Of a stretch of 64,000 nt of DNA, positions 1 to 9,704 are shown piece by piece (the stretch's first letter is position 1; the number at the start of each line of letters is the position of its first letter). The notes under the pieces were generated by a model, which saw only the letters and a list, made by a program, of their open reading frames with translations, made no database searches and was not told the origin of the DNA. A program made the position numbers and the translations under genes. The stretch is from a virus (lineage: Duplodnaviria > Caudoviricetes): the IMG/VR virus record IMGVR_UViG_3300027977_000033, positions 1,821 through 65,820 of that record; one strand, written 5' to 3'.

Positions 1-1130
1 GCCCTCCTCTCCAACACAACTGGAGCCAACAACACAGCTAGTGGAGTGGAAGCCCTCCAATCCAACACAACTGGAGGAAGCAACACAGCTAGTGGACTTC
101 AAGCACTCTACTCCAACACAACTGGAAGCAACAACACAGCTAGTGGATTGGAAGCCCTCAGATTAAACACAACTGGAAACAATAACACAGCTACTGGCTT
201 TCAAGCCCTCGAAAACAACACAACTGGAATCAACAACACAGCTACTGGACTCAATGCCCTCCAATCCAACACAACTGGAGGAAGCAACACAGCTACTGGA
301 CTCAATGCCCTCCGAGCCAACACAACTGGAGGAAGCAACACAGCTAGTGGATTTCAAGCCCTATACTCCAACACAACTGGAAACAATAACACAGCTACTG
401 GACTCAATGCCCTCCTCTCCAACACAACTGGAATCAACAACACAGCTAGTGGATCTCGAGCCCTCGAAAACAACACAACTGGAAGTTTTAACACAGCTAG
501 TGGAGTGGAAGCCCTCAGATTAAACACAACTGGAGGAAGCAACACAGCTAGTGGACTTCAAGCACTCTACTCCAACACAACTGGAAGCAATAACACGGCC
601 TTTGGGTATAGAAGCCTTGACGCCAACACAACTGGAACCAATAACACAGCTAGTGGACTATCAGCCCTCCAATCCAACACAACTGGAGGAAGCAACACAG
701 CTAGTGGATTTCAAGCCCTATACTCCAACACAACTGCAAGCAATAACACGGCCTTTGGGTATAGAAGCCTTGACGCCAACACAACTGGAACCAATAACAC
801 GGCTATTGGGAGTGAGTCCCTTGGTGCCAACACAACTGGAAACAATAACACAGCTAATGGATATTTTACCCTCACCGCTAATACAACTGGAGCCTCTAAC
901 ACAGCTACAGGAGACAAAGCCCTACAAGGCAACACAACTGGAATTGTTAACACAGCTACTGGGGTCAATGCCCTCCGAGCCAACACAACTGGGGGCAATA
1001 ACACAGCTACGGGAGCAAACGCCATGCTCCTTAACACAACTGGGGACTTCAACACAGCGGATGGGGCCAATGCTCTTCGCCTTAATGTAACTGGGGATTA
1101 TAACACGGCCATTGGCAATACAGCACTTTA
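1..1130 (+). repeat. 42-bp coding tandem repeat (aacacaactgga...aacacagcta core)
   Basis: Visible 42-nt periodicity; a few more units follow at about 1310-1600. Confidence 0.95.
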
Positions 1131-2004
1131 CCACAACGGAATCGTTGCCACGGCTGGCAGTTTTGTTATCGGAGTTTCTTACACTATCCAGTCTATTGGC
1201 ACTACTGATTTTACATTAATAGGAGCAGCTTCAAATACTGTTGGAGTTGTTTTCACAGCTACTGGAGTTGGTACCGGTACTGGTACTGCTTCTAGTAATA
1301 CCAGCTATAACACAGCTAGTGGTCACGAAGCCCTTTACAACAATACAACTGGATCCAGTAACGTAGCTAGTGGCGCACTTGCTCTTAAAGACAATACAAC
1401 TGGAGGTTCTAATACTGCTACTGGAGTAAGTGTTCTCGAAAATAACACAACTGGATCCAGCAACACGGCTGATGGATATGGAGCCCTCTACTCAAATACA
1501 ACTGGAAGTTTTAACACAGCTATCGGACAGCAGGCTGGACAGGGAACTGGAACAAATTCCAATACAACTGGAACAAATAATACATTCGTTGGTTATCAGG
1601 CAGTAGGTGCAAGCTCAACTGCAAGCAACGTAATAACACTTGGGAATTCTGCTATCAACCTACTGCGCTGTTACGCTCCGCTCACAAACCTTTCGGACGG
1701 GCGGGACAAGAGTGATGTAAGAGACCTTTCTGCTGGGCTTGATTTTGTTGGCAAACTAAGGCCAGTAAGTTTTGTTTGGGATACCAGAGACAAGGCGAAG
1801 GTTAATATCCCTGATTCTGGTTTTATTGCACAAGAACTTCTTGAGGCTCAAAAAGAAACTGGGGTTGTTATTCCAAACTTGGTGAGTCAAGAGAATCCAG
1901 AAAAACTTGAGGCTGCATATGGGACATTGATCCCAGTGCTTGTACAGGCCATCAAGGAACTTTCTGCAAAAGTAACCAAATTAGAAAACCAGCTGAAAGG
2001 ATAA
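1..2004 (+). CDS. Tail fibre/spike with 14-aa NTTGxxNTAxGxxAL repeats and a C-terminal intramolecular chaperone (Peptidase_S74-like); 5' end lies outside the window
   Basis: Frame is open from base 1; about 30 beta-helix-type repeats; C-terminus has SDGRDKSDV...LRPVSFVW...GFIAQEL...LIPVLVQAIKEL typical of S74 chaperones. Confidence 0.9.
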   Translation, partial: ALLSNTTGANNTASGVEALQSNTTGGSNTASGLQALYSNTTGSNNTASGLEALRLNTTGNNNTATGFQALENNTTGINNTATGLNALQSNTTGGSNTATGLNALRANTTGGSNTASGFQALYSNTTGNNNTATGLNALLSNTTGINNTASGSRALENNTTGSFNTASGVEALRLNTTGGSNTASGLQALYSNTTGSNNTAFGYRSLDANTTGTNNTASGLSALQSNTTGGSNTASGFQALYSNTTASNNTAFGYRSLDANTTGTNNTAIGSESLGANTTGNNNTANGYFTLTANTTGASNTATGDKALQGNTTGIVNTATGVNALRANTTGGNNTATGANAMLLNTTGDFNTADGANALRLNVTGDYNTAIGNTALYHNGIVATAGSFVIGVSYTIQSIGTTDFTLIGAASNTVGVVFTATGVGTGTGTASSNTSYNTASGHEALYNNTTGSSNVASGALALKDNTTGGSNTATGVSVLENNTTGSSNTADGYGALYSNTTGSFNTAIGQQAGQGTGTNSNTTGTNNTFVGYQAVGASSTASNVITLGNSAINLLRCYAPLTNLSDGRDKSDVRDLSAGLDFVGKLRPVSFVWDTRDKAKVNIPDSGFIAQELLEAQKETGVVIPNLVSQENPEKLEAAYGTLIPVLVQAIKELSAKVTKLENQLKG

Positions 2005-2008
2005 ATAT

Positions 2009-2269
2009 ATGGAAACAGAAATATCAGAAGACAGTATTTCGCCAGCGCAACACTATAAGTCCGCGCTAGATTCGGCCGGTTTAATTAATCGCTACGTAAA
2101 CCAAGATCTTCTCGAGGGTCAAACCCTTGAAGAAAAAAGAGATGCCATTACGAGAAACGTGGGTCATCTTCGTATTATCCTTGAACGAGTTGATTGGACA
2201 GATGCCGAAGACATTAGCGTTCTTGAAGATGCTGTCGCGGCTGGTGACGAGTGGCTGGCCGACAATTAA
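2009..2269 (+). CDS. Small tail-fibre-associated protein
   Basis: Directly follows the fibre gene; AQHYKSALDS..LIN...RNVGHL motif resembles small proteins seen after S74 fibres. Confidence 0.55.
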   Translation: METEISEDSISPAQHYKSALDSAGLINRYVNQDLLEGQTLEEKRDAITRNVGHLRIILERVDWTDAEDISVLEDAVAAGDEWLADN

Positions 2270-2304
2270 TTAATAAAGACATCCCTTTATTGGTTTTTCG
2301 TACA

Positions 2305-2502
2305 ATGGCCCCTAAAGATAACGAAAGGCTGGCTCGTATCGAAACGAAGCTCGATACTGCTCTATCTCATTTAGGAGACCACGAAGGTCGTATTCGGTCG
2401 GTTGAGAAGGCTTGGTGGAAACAGTCAGCTATATTTGGTGCTCTTATTGCCTGCGTATCTTGGTTTGGTCCTGTTCTGAGGAAACATCTTTTTGGTTCGT
2501 AA
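2305..2502 (+). CDS. Holin-like/XhlA-like small membrane protein (start probably at ATG 2305)
   Basis: ERLARIETKLD coiled coil plus one C-terminal TM helix; first gene of the lysis cassette. Confidence 0.55.
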   Translation: MAPKDNERLARIETKLDTALSHLGDHEGRIRSVEKAWWKQSAIFGALIACVSWFGPVLRKHLFGS

Positions 2503-2530
2503 TTATTACGCATGGAGCTATATTAAGCCC

Positions 2531-2917
2531 ATGAAACTATTAATCCTCCCGTTACTGCTGTTGGCAGGTTGCTCGACAATTAAACCCAAGGGCTCGCCTG
2601 AGTTTGGTGGGGTTACTCGCAAGGTCGATGCCGTCGAACAGGCAGTCAACTCTGGGAATCTGCCCGCCATCAAGAAAGAGTTCGGCAGTCTAAAGTCTCA
2701 ACTCTCTTCCGCTCAAGCTGCCTGTGAAGCTCAAGCGGGGGACTACGAACGGATGACTAAAGAAGCCAACGACTGGAAAGCCAAGCAAAGAAAAGCCTTG
2801 AAGGAACTGTGGATATACCGAGGTGCCCTTATCGCTTTAGGGCTATGGATCTTTAGGGGCTTCATCTTCGGGGGTATCATGTTCGTGGCTAGGAAGTTTG
2901 TAGGGATTCCTTGGTGA
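2531..2917 (+). CDS. Lipoprotein with C-terminal TM segment, candidate unimolecular spanin
   Basis: MKLLILPLLLLAGC lipobox, coiled-coil middle, hydrophobic C-terminus; lysis cassette context. Confidence 0.6.
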   Translation: MKLLILPLLLLAGCSTIKPKGSPEFGGVTRKVDAVEQAVNSGNLPAIKKEFGSLKSQLSSAQAACEAQAGDYERMTKEANDWKAKQRKALKELWIYRGALIALGLWIFRGFIFGGIMFVARKFVGIPW

Positions 2918-3258
2918 ACTTCCTTAAGACCAACGTACAGGGCCTAATAGCCCTTTTGGGTGCTCTTGGTCTGTTCTTTGGGCTAGGACCCCTCCTTCGG
3001 CATATCGACCCCACAGCGGGGATTATAGACATCGGAGCCCTACATTTACTGGTGTTTGGGTCAGTCAAATTTCTACTAGGGGTATTCATGGTGTGGCTCG
3101 TCGTCGCTTTCGATTGGAAGCCCTTCGACAAGTATCTGGACACCGAGGCGTTTGCCGACGACTTCCGCATCCTACACCCCGAGACGAAAGCTAAGCTACT
3201 GGTCTATCTCTTCATCGGGCTTTTGATTACATTCGCTCTGTGTACCAGAGGCTCTTAA
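2911..3258 (+). CDS. Holin-like membrane protein (about 3 TM helices)
   Basis: Three hydrophobic segments; directly upstream of the endolysin. Confidence 0.55.
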   Translation: MVNFLKTNVQGLIALLGALGLFFGLGPLLRHIDPTAGIIDIGALHLLVFGSVKFLLGVFMVWLVVAFDWKPFDKYLDTEAFADDFRILHPETKAKLLVYLFIGLLITFALCTRGS

Positions 3259-3797
3259 ATGTTCTATTCCCTCAAGAGACTATTCTTGCGGTGCTTCTTT
3301 TCTTCGCAGGATCTGGAGTGGGAAATTCTAATCCGAAAGATCCTCGACCCGAAAAGATCATTGGATTCGCAAGAACCACTATTGGGATCAAAGAAGCCAC
3401 AGGCAAAAACGACGGGGAGGACGTCGAAGAAATCCTCAAAAGCGTCGGGCTCGGAGGGTCGGGCGCCCCGTGGTGCGCAGCCTACGTCGTCTGGGTTGGA
3501 GACTCTGCCCTCGGGAGAGATCGTAATCCCTACCCGAGAAGTGCGTGGTCGCCTGATTTCGTCAAAAAACCGAACTGGGATCGAGGGCGTGGTCGATTAC
3601 CCACCGAGGCAGATACCTTCGGGATCTATTTTCAAAGTCTTAAAAGAGTGGGGCACACGGGATTAATCGAGAGGGTATCCGGCGATTTTGCCATAACGAT
3701 TGAGGGCAACACCAATAACGGGGGCAGCAGAGACGGAGATGGCGTATATCGACGCCGGCGTCTCTTGGATTCCCTGTTAGCAAAGGATTGGTTATGA
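3240..3797 (+). CDS. CHAP-domain endolysin (cysteine peptidase/amidase)
   Basis: PWCAAYV catalytic Cys, GHTGLI His, TIEGNT motif; hydrophobic N-terminal segment. Confidence 0.85.
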   Translation: MYQRLLNVLFPQETILAVLLFFAGSGVGNSNPKDPRPEKIIGFARTTIGIKEATGKNDGEDVEEILKSVGLGGSGAPWCAAYVVWVGDSALGRDRNPYPRSAWSPDFVKKPNWDRGRGRLPTEADTFGIYFQSLKRVGHTGLIERVSGDFAITIEGNTNNGGSRDGDGVYRRRRLLDSLLAKDWL

Positions 3798-4204
3798 GTT
3801 TAAGAATCGGTGCCGTAGGAGTGCAACGAGTTTCGGCCAAGCTATTGGAACATGGTTTCCTAGTTAGCCTTCCGGTATTTGATTCTGGGTATGACTTGGT
3901 ATCGGATTGGGGTGGTAAACTCCACCGTATCCAAGTGAAGTCCACCATCGGGAACGAAGATCAACGTAGGAGGAAGATCAAGTTCTTAGCGGTTAAGGGT
4001 CCTGGGTATGGGTGGGCGTCCAAGATGCACGGGCATAGAGCTAAGAGTATCTATAGCCGAAGCGATTGTGATACCTTCATATTTTATCATATAGGCCAAG
4101 ACGCATTATTTGTAATGCCTCGGAGTAAGATGCCCAAGACCAAGTCTATCTATTTGGAACCCAATTCGAAATGGCGCGATAACTGGGCTGTTATCAAAGA
4201 CTAG
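3794..4204 (+). CDS. Free-standing PD-(D/E)XK endonuclease (PDDEXK_5 / group I intron-associated type)
   Basis: GF.VSLP...YDLV......RIQVKS motif; ATGA overlap with endolysin stop. Confidence 0.75.
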   Translation: MSLRIGAVGVQRVSAKLLEHGFLVSLPVFDSGYDLVSDWGGKLHRIQVKSTIGNEDQRRRKIKFLAVKGPGYGWASKMHGHRAKSIYSRSDCDTFIFYHIGQDALFVMPRSKMPKTKSIYLEPNSKWRDNWAVIKD

Positions 4205-4233
4205 TTGCCCAGCAAGGTCAAATCAGTTAGATA
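4205..4233 (+). promoter_or_regulatory. Sigma70-like promoter for a leaderless transcript
   Basis: TTGCCC-N17-TAGATA, 6 nt before ATG 4240. Confidence 0.55.
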
Positions 4234-4239
4234 TATTTT

Positions 4240-6729
4240 ATGCCCATCGCTGACTCTACGTTAATCCTTGAAGGTCAACAGGATTTTTCGGGTGGGATGG
4301 ATTCGAGCCTTTCCCCTACTCTGATCAACGGGAACTCTGTAGCTACAGCAGTTAACCTTACGTTCCGTGGTGGCCGCCCTAGCAGTCGTCCCGGTTTTCG
4401 CCAAGTTTCTTTGGTTAGCGGAACCAACTCAGGTTTAGATATTTTCACAACCCAATATTTCCAAGGTTCCGCCTTTTACCTAGAGCGTCGTCAGAATTTC
4501 AACTCCTGTATCCTCGGAGTCTTCGGTGGTAACGTTATTAAGATTGATCTCGGCAATTACCAAGTTAGTCGAGTATATCCTCTGGACGGCTCGGGAAATC
4601 CCGTGGTAGCGGCTGCCCTAGATCCTTTTGAGAAGTGCTATTTTGTTCAGGCAGAAAAGTACATGATCATCCAGAACGGAAAAAACGTAGCGTTGATTTG
4701 GGATGGAGATAATTTGTATCGCTCTGGAGTTGGCCCCGCTGGTTCCGCAGGAGCAGCCTCACAGCTTCACACCATCGACCCCGGAACCATCATGGCCTAC
4801 GGACAAGGTCGTCTTTTTGTGGCCTCCCCAGACAGAACTGAAATTACGGCAGGCGATCTCGTGTATGGTGGCAGTACTGAACAGGTTACTATAACTTCTG
4901 GAACAGCTACAACAGCGACTTCTGCTACTTACACTTTCACTACAGTAGGTAATCATGGTTTTGTTTTAGGGGACGTTATCTCGGTTTACGGTCATTCCTC
5001 TAGTAACGGAGCTAACGGAACTTGGACTTGTGCAACTGGGACAACTGGGTCGACCCTTGTGATTAACTTGGCGAATGCAACCGGAACAGTTGCGACTGGG
5101 ACAGGCGGTTATGCGGCTAAAGCAAATGTTGGAAAAGAATCGGATCTGCTTCGTTTTACCGAGACAACTTATTTAGCCGAAGGCGGTGCCCTCCAAGTTC
5201 CGTCTTTCAACGGCAGAATCAACGCCATGATCTTTATGCCCGTGCAAGACACTTCGACCGGTCAAGGAGATCTTCTTGTGTTCTGCGATCGCGGCATCGC
5301 ATCTTTCGCAGTTTCCACCCCTAGGGACCAATGGAAGTCAGTAGCTGCTTTCCAACGGGTTGTATTTCAATCGATCGGAGCTACTGGTCCTACTTGTTTA
5401 GCGACTGACAACGGAGACGTTTTCTTCCGCTCGTTCGACGGCTTGCGATCGTATCGTAATGCCAGAGCGGAAATCAACAGCTTCGGGCAAGTACCGATAT
5501 CTGCCGAAATGAATTCAGTTTTGAACTACGACACAAAGAGTCTTTTGACCGAAGTCAGCGCGATTACATTTGATAACCGTCTTTTATTTACCGCATCCCC
5601 AAGTATTGATTATTCTGGGCTTAACCCCACGGTCGCAACGAAACAGCCAGTCACATTTTCTAAGATTGTAGCTCTTGATTTCACTACTCTATCCACGGTT
5701 GGGGCCAAAAGATCGGCTAGCTACGACGGAATGTGGGGTGGCCTCAATGTGTTACAGCTTGTTTCAGGTTTGGTTAACGGCCGTCCAGAGGCTTTTGCGT
5801 TTGCCTACGATTTCACAAATGAGAGGTTAAATGTACTGTGGAAACTTACCACCGACGCCCCATTTGATCACCCCTTGTCCACAGGTGCCCAAAGAATTCA
5901 ATCAATCTTGGAGACGAGAGCGTATTCTTTTGGTACACCGTCCGAGCAGAAGAAAATGATTCGTGCCGACTTTTGGTTATCTGATATTCTCGATCGTGTA
6001 GATGTCAATGTCTATTGGAGACCAGACCAGTACCCTTGCTGGAGAAGCTGGCACTCTTTTTCCAGATGTGCCACTGTGGATACTTGCATCAATCCAGGAG
6101 TCTTATTTACAGTCAACAATAATGAAACCTCCACACTTTGTTTCTCCTCCTCCAGTCCGTCTTCTTTTTTCTACAAGCTCGGAAAAGACGGAGTCTTTAC
6201 TGGGCCAATCCAATACGCGATTTCGGATGACCCTGTTTCTCAAGCCAACGAGATCAAGAACGCCCTTATAGCCGCAGGTTTCACAGTTAACCTTGTCGTC
6301 CGTACCGGTACTTTTCCTAACTACTGTTTTACCATTGGTATCGGGGACCTGCCTAATTGGGAAGAGTACACGTTAGTTCCTCAAAATTGGTGGGAAAATG
6401 TGACAGTAGCGTGGGAAGCTCCTTATATCCCGAGTTCCCCCGCTGTCTTCGGCTTAGATTTGACTTTTCTCCCTGTCAAATTAGCTGGGGATTCTTCTTG
6501 TTTGAGTAACTTTACAGTCAAAAACTTACAACCCCAGTACCGACCTCAGATTCGCATGCCGACTCCTCCGGAGGTTACAGACCCAATTATTTCTCGTCCC
6601 TTTACCTACGGTAACGATTTTCAGCTAAGGCTAGAGTTTACTGGTCACTTCGAACTTAACCGAATCCTGATGCTGGGGCAAAGAATTTTGGAACAGTACC
6701 AAGGTACCGATACTTTGGAGGTCCTATAA
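4240..6729 (+). CDS. Tail nozzle / tail tubular protein B-like
   Basis: 829 aa, N-terminal DFSGGM motif, beta-rich, position in tail module; inserted HGF..GD.I small beta domain. Confidence 0.7.
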   Translation: MPIADSTLILEGQQDFSGGMDSSLSPTLINGNSVATAVNLTFRGGRPSSRPGFRQVSLVSGTNSGLDIFTTQYFQGSAFYLERRQNFNSCILGVFGGNVIKIDLGNYQVSRVYPLDGSGNPVVAAALDPFEKCYFVQAEKYMIIQNGKNVALIWDGDNLYRSGVGPAGSAGAASQLHTIDPGTIMAYGQGRLFVASPDRTEITAGDLVYGGSTEQVTITSGTATTATSATYTFTTVGNHGFVLGDVISVYGHSSSNGANGTWTCATGTTGSTLVINLANATGTVATGTGGYAAKANVGKESDLLRFTETTYLAEGGALQVPSFNGRINAMIFMPVQDTSTGQGDLLVFCDRGIASFAVSTPRDQWKSVAAFQRVVFQSIGATGPTCLATDNGDVFFRSFDGLRSYRNARAEINSFGQVPISAEMNSVLNYDTKSLLTEVSAITFDNRLLFTASPSIDYSGLNPTVATKQPVTFSKIVALDFTTLSTVGAKRSASYDGMWGGLNVLQLVSGLVNGRPEAFAFAYDFTNERLNVLWKLTTDAPFDHPLSTGAQRIQSILETRAYSFGTPSEQKKMIRADFWLSDILDRVDVNVYWRPDQYPCWRSWHSFSRCATVDTCINPGVLFTVNNNETSTLCFSSSSPSSFFYKLGKDGVFTGPIQYAISDDPVSQANEIKNALIAAGFTVNLVVRTGTFPNYCFTIGIGDLPNWEEYTLVPQNWWENVTVAWEAPYIPSSPAVFGLDLTFLPVKLAGDSSCLSNFTVKNLQPQYRPQIRMPTPPEVTDPIISRPFTYGNDFQLRLEFTGHFELNRILMLGQRILEQYQGTDTLEVL

Positions 6730-6872
6730 TGCCCGAAGATGTATCCTCATGTTTTGAGTTAGAGTGCTGCCCACCCGGGTATAATGTCCTCGACATCCCC
6801 ACCTCAGCAGCAATTTTGACAGAAAGCAATTTATCTATTTTAACGGAAGACGATATTGTCTTATTGACTTGA
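6729..6872 (+). CDS. Small acidic protein (47 aa, ILTE..ILTED motif), absent from the ORF track
   Basis: TAATG overlap with upstream stop; translates to MPEDVSSCFELECCPPGYNVLDIPTSAAILTESNLSILTEDDIVLLT. Confidence 0.55.
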   Translation: MPEDVSSCFELECCPPGYNVLDIPTSAAILTESNLSILTEDDIVLLT

Positions 6873-6904
6873 CTTGAAGCAACTTCTTTTGGATATAGAT
6901 TTCA

Positions 6905-8959
6905 ATGCCTAGGATTTCAGCCTTACCCGTCGCGACCTCGGCTCAGATTACAGACGAGATACCAATCGTACAAGGCGCTGTCACTAAGAGACTTTCTTTT
7001 GCGACCGCACAGTCTTCAGGTCTTTTCTTACCCGCTGACAATTCGATTTCCACGGCAAAACTGGTTGACGACGCTGTTACCGCTGACAAGTTGCAGGCTG
7101 ATATTTCCAATAACGCTAACCGTGCGGTAACATCCAACCATATCCAAGATTCGGCTGTTGTCACGGATAAGATTAATAACCTTGGGGTAACAACCCCCAA
7201 GCTTGCGGACGGGGCTGTGACAAACGTAAAGCTTGCCGCGAATTCTCTGACAATTTCTAAGTTTACTACGATCGATCAAATTTATCTACAAAATGCTGGG
7301 ACAGCTAGGCCTGGAACAGCCGTCATAACTAATGGTTCGGTGGAAAATATAGTTGTGTACCAACAGGGTTCCGGATATTTGTCGACCCCGAATGTCGTGA
7401 TTAGCCCTTCCCCGACTGGTAACACCGCAACTGCTGTTGCTACTTTGACTGGGGGTGCCGTAACTTCCATAGCTGTCTCGAACCCAGGGTCAGGCTATAT
7501 CACAGATCCAACTGTCACCATTGACGCCAGCCCTGGGACAACGGCTAAAGCTTTTGCTTATGCTATTACCAGCGGACTGGCGGCGCAAGACGATGGGAAC
7601 CTAGGTGTCGGCTCAGAGCAAGCTGGATTTTTTATCACGGCCGATAAAAAAGTGAAAGTGGTTGGCTATAACAACTACACCAAGAATGCAACCGGTGTCG
7701 GCAATTCTAGCAACCCTCTTCCTTCGGAGTGCGCTGTTGGCACGAGCTCTGGATCTTATGTAAAGCCTTACAAGATATACGGAGCATATAGCAACACTTA
7801 CATGATTGACACGCTTGGTCGAGTTTATAGTTGTGGGAGTGGGGCTAACAATGGAAACGGCCAAGCGGGAACAAGTGATCTCGCGGTGCTCTACCAAATC
7901 CCCTCCACGTTCTTCGGGAACAAGCCAGTAGTTCAACTTTCGTATACGGCGAACAGCACGGCCACAACCGTTATTGCTCGGACAGCGGACGGGAAAGCCT
8001 ACGGTTGGGGTTACCAGAATTACGTCCCCCTCGGGAATGGCTCAGCCGCTAATGTGGCAACCCCTATTGCTATTGCAAGCGGAAATACGCTGACCGATGT
8101 TAAACTCATTGGCGGTCAGACTTACGCTTCATCCTTGTTGATTGAAGCCGGCACCGGACAGGTTTTATGTTCGGGATACAACGGTTACGGGCAACTCAGC
8201 CAAGGCAATACAACGGATAGAACCACTTTTGGGTACTATCTAAAATCCGCCGGTACTCCATTGGGGGCCGGAGCGGAAGGAAAGGTGATTAAGGCACTCG
8301 GATCTGGTGATGGTTCTTATTGCTATACAGTTCTCTTAACCGATCAAGGTAAAGTATTTACATCTGGGTATAACGGGCACGGTCAACGGGGGACTGGGGG
8401 CACCACTGCCACAAACGCTGGGTATGCTAACGAAGTCATGTCCAGCGGGGCTGTTGATATCTATGTCCCCGTTGGAAATACTTCCTACAGTTACACGATG
8501 ATCCGAAAATCGGATGGTTCAGTATGGGCCGCCGGTTACAGCGGACATGGAAATTTCGGAAACGACGGGACAGCCGGTACCAATTCAACTTTTGTTCAAG
8601 TTTGGAATCCGGCCACACAGGGAACGACAGCAGTTAAATTAGTTTTAGCCGGAGCTAATAATTATTTCACCACATACTTATTAGGCGCGAACGGGGTTCT
8701 TTACGTCTGTGGCCGAAATGATTACGGACAGTTGGGAGACGGGTCAGCGACCCAAAGAAATTCTTGGGTACAGACGAATTTAAATCCTGGGGTAGCAACC
8801 ATTGTTGATTTCCGAGTTGACAGCTACGGACACGTCATCAACCCAAGAGTCTTGATGAGTGATGGGAAAGTTTATACCTGCGGCTATAACGGAAATTGGT
8901 CTTTAGGAAACGGTTATGCCTACAGTTATTACGCAACTTGGAACAACATCCTCTTTTAA
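6905..8959 (+). CDS. Tail fibre / receptor-binding protein with C-terminal RCC1-like beta-propeller
   Basis: RISALP N-terminus, AVTxxKLAD repeats, repeated VYxCGYNxxGQLGxG RCC1 motifs. Confidence 0.8.
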   Translation: MPRISALPVATSAQITDEIPIVQGAVTKRLSFATAQSSGLFLPADNSISTAKLVDDAVTADKLQADISNNANRAVTSNHIQDSAVVTDKINNLGVTTPKLADGAVTNVKLAANSLTISKFTTIDQIYLQNAGTARPGTAVITNGSVENIVVYQQGSGYLSTPNVVISPSPTGNTATAVATLTGGAVTSIAVSNPGSGYITDPTVTIDASPGTTAKAFAYAITSGLAAQDDGNLGVGSEQAGFFITADKKVKVVGYNNYTKNATGVGNSSNPLPSECAVGTSSGSYVKPYKIYGAYSNTYMIDTLGRVYSCGSGANNGNGQAGTSDLAVLYQIPSTFFGNKPVVQLSYTANSTATTVIARTADGKAYGWGYQNYVPLGNGSAANVATPIAIASGNTLTDVKLIGGQTYASSLLIEAGTGQVLCSGYNGYGQLSQGNTTDRTTFGYYLKSAGTPLGAGAEGKVIKALGSGDGSYCYTVLLTDQGKVFTSGYNGHGQRGTGGTTATNAGYANEVMSSGAVDIYVPVGNTSYSYTMIRKSDGSVWAAGYSGHGNFGNDGTAGTNSTFVQVWNPATQGTTAVKLVLAGANNYFTTYLLGANGVLYVCGRNDYGQLGDGSATQRNSWVQTNLNPGVATIVDFRVDSYGHVINPRVLMSDGKVYTCGYNGNWSLGNGYAYSYYATWNNILF

Positions 8960-8962
8960 TTT

Positions 8963-9703
8963 ATGTCTTTAATCCCCGGAACATTACCATCAGGAGCTTG
9001 CTACGGAACCCCGCAGGAACTACTGGATCTGTTTGCCCAGTATCTGGACATTCCAGCTTTCGCCGTTTCCAGTAAGGTTTTATACAGCGCGACAAGTCCT
9101 TCCCCGAATACCGATTTTGTTTGGATCAACACGGCCGGCGGAGATACCCCACTTTTAAATCTATACAACGACGCAACCGGTGGGTACGAACCTTTTCCTT
9201 TTGCGGGTGGTGTGAGTTCTAACGAGAGATTGATTTCGGATAAGACTGCGATAACAACTTTGGTTAACTCTGATTTATTTTTAGTTGGTACTCTTGGTGG
9301 TGGTTCTTATTCATCGTTGAAAAAGATTACGTGGGCTAATATGGCGGGGCAGATTCCGGCTGGGTCTGTCACCTTCCCAATGCTATCGACAAGTGCAACC
9401 GCAGCGAACAACGTGGCAAAACGAACTGCAAAGGCTTTTTGTGTTGCGGTAAACGGTGGAACGCTTCAAAGCGGAAGTTTTGGCTTTTCTTCCGTTACTG
9501 ACGGTGGATCAGGTTTGTTGCAATTGAATTTTAATTTTACCGCATCAACAAACGCTGTTGCCGTTGCCACAAATCATGCTGCGGGGGCGATGGGGGGGAT
9601 TGAAAGAACTGGCCTAACGGCAGCATCGGTTACTTATCAAAGCAGAAATATTGCTGGCAATGCACAAGATTGCAATATTAGCTGCGTTGTTTTCTCGGAG
9701 TAA
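8963..9703 (+). CDS. Minor tail/fibre protein
   Basis: Gly/Ser/Thr rich; AKAF...NG...SFGFSSVTD.G.G C-terminal module typical of fibre tips. Confidence 0.55.
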   Translation: MSLIPGTLPSGACYGTPQELLDLFAQYLDIPAFAVSSKVLYSATSPSPNTDFVWINTAGGDTPLLNLYNDATGGYEPFPFAGGVSSNERLISDKTAITTLVNSDLFLVGTLGGGSYSSLKKITWANMAGQIPAGSVTFPMLSTSATAANNVAKRTAKAFCVAVNGGTLQSGSFGFSSVTDGGSGLLQLNFNFTASTNAVAVATNHAAGAMGGIERTGLTAASVTYQSRNIAGNAQDCNISCVVFSE

Positions 9704-9704
9704 T

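Noticed and set aside
163-1134. Alternative-frame and antisense ORFs over the fibre repeats
   Set aside because: Shadows of the 42-bp periodic coding repeat
1-2004. Diversity-generating retroelement acting on the Asn (AAC)-rich fibre
   Set aside because: No reverse transcriptase and no template/variable repeat pair differing only at adenines seen in the window
3794-4204. Group I intron containing the endonuclease
   Set aside because: Flanking genes are intact and abut the ORF, leaving no room for intron core sequence
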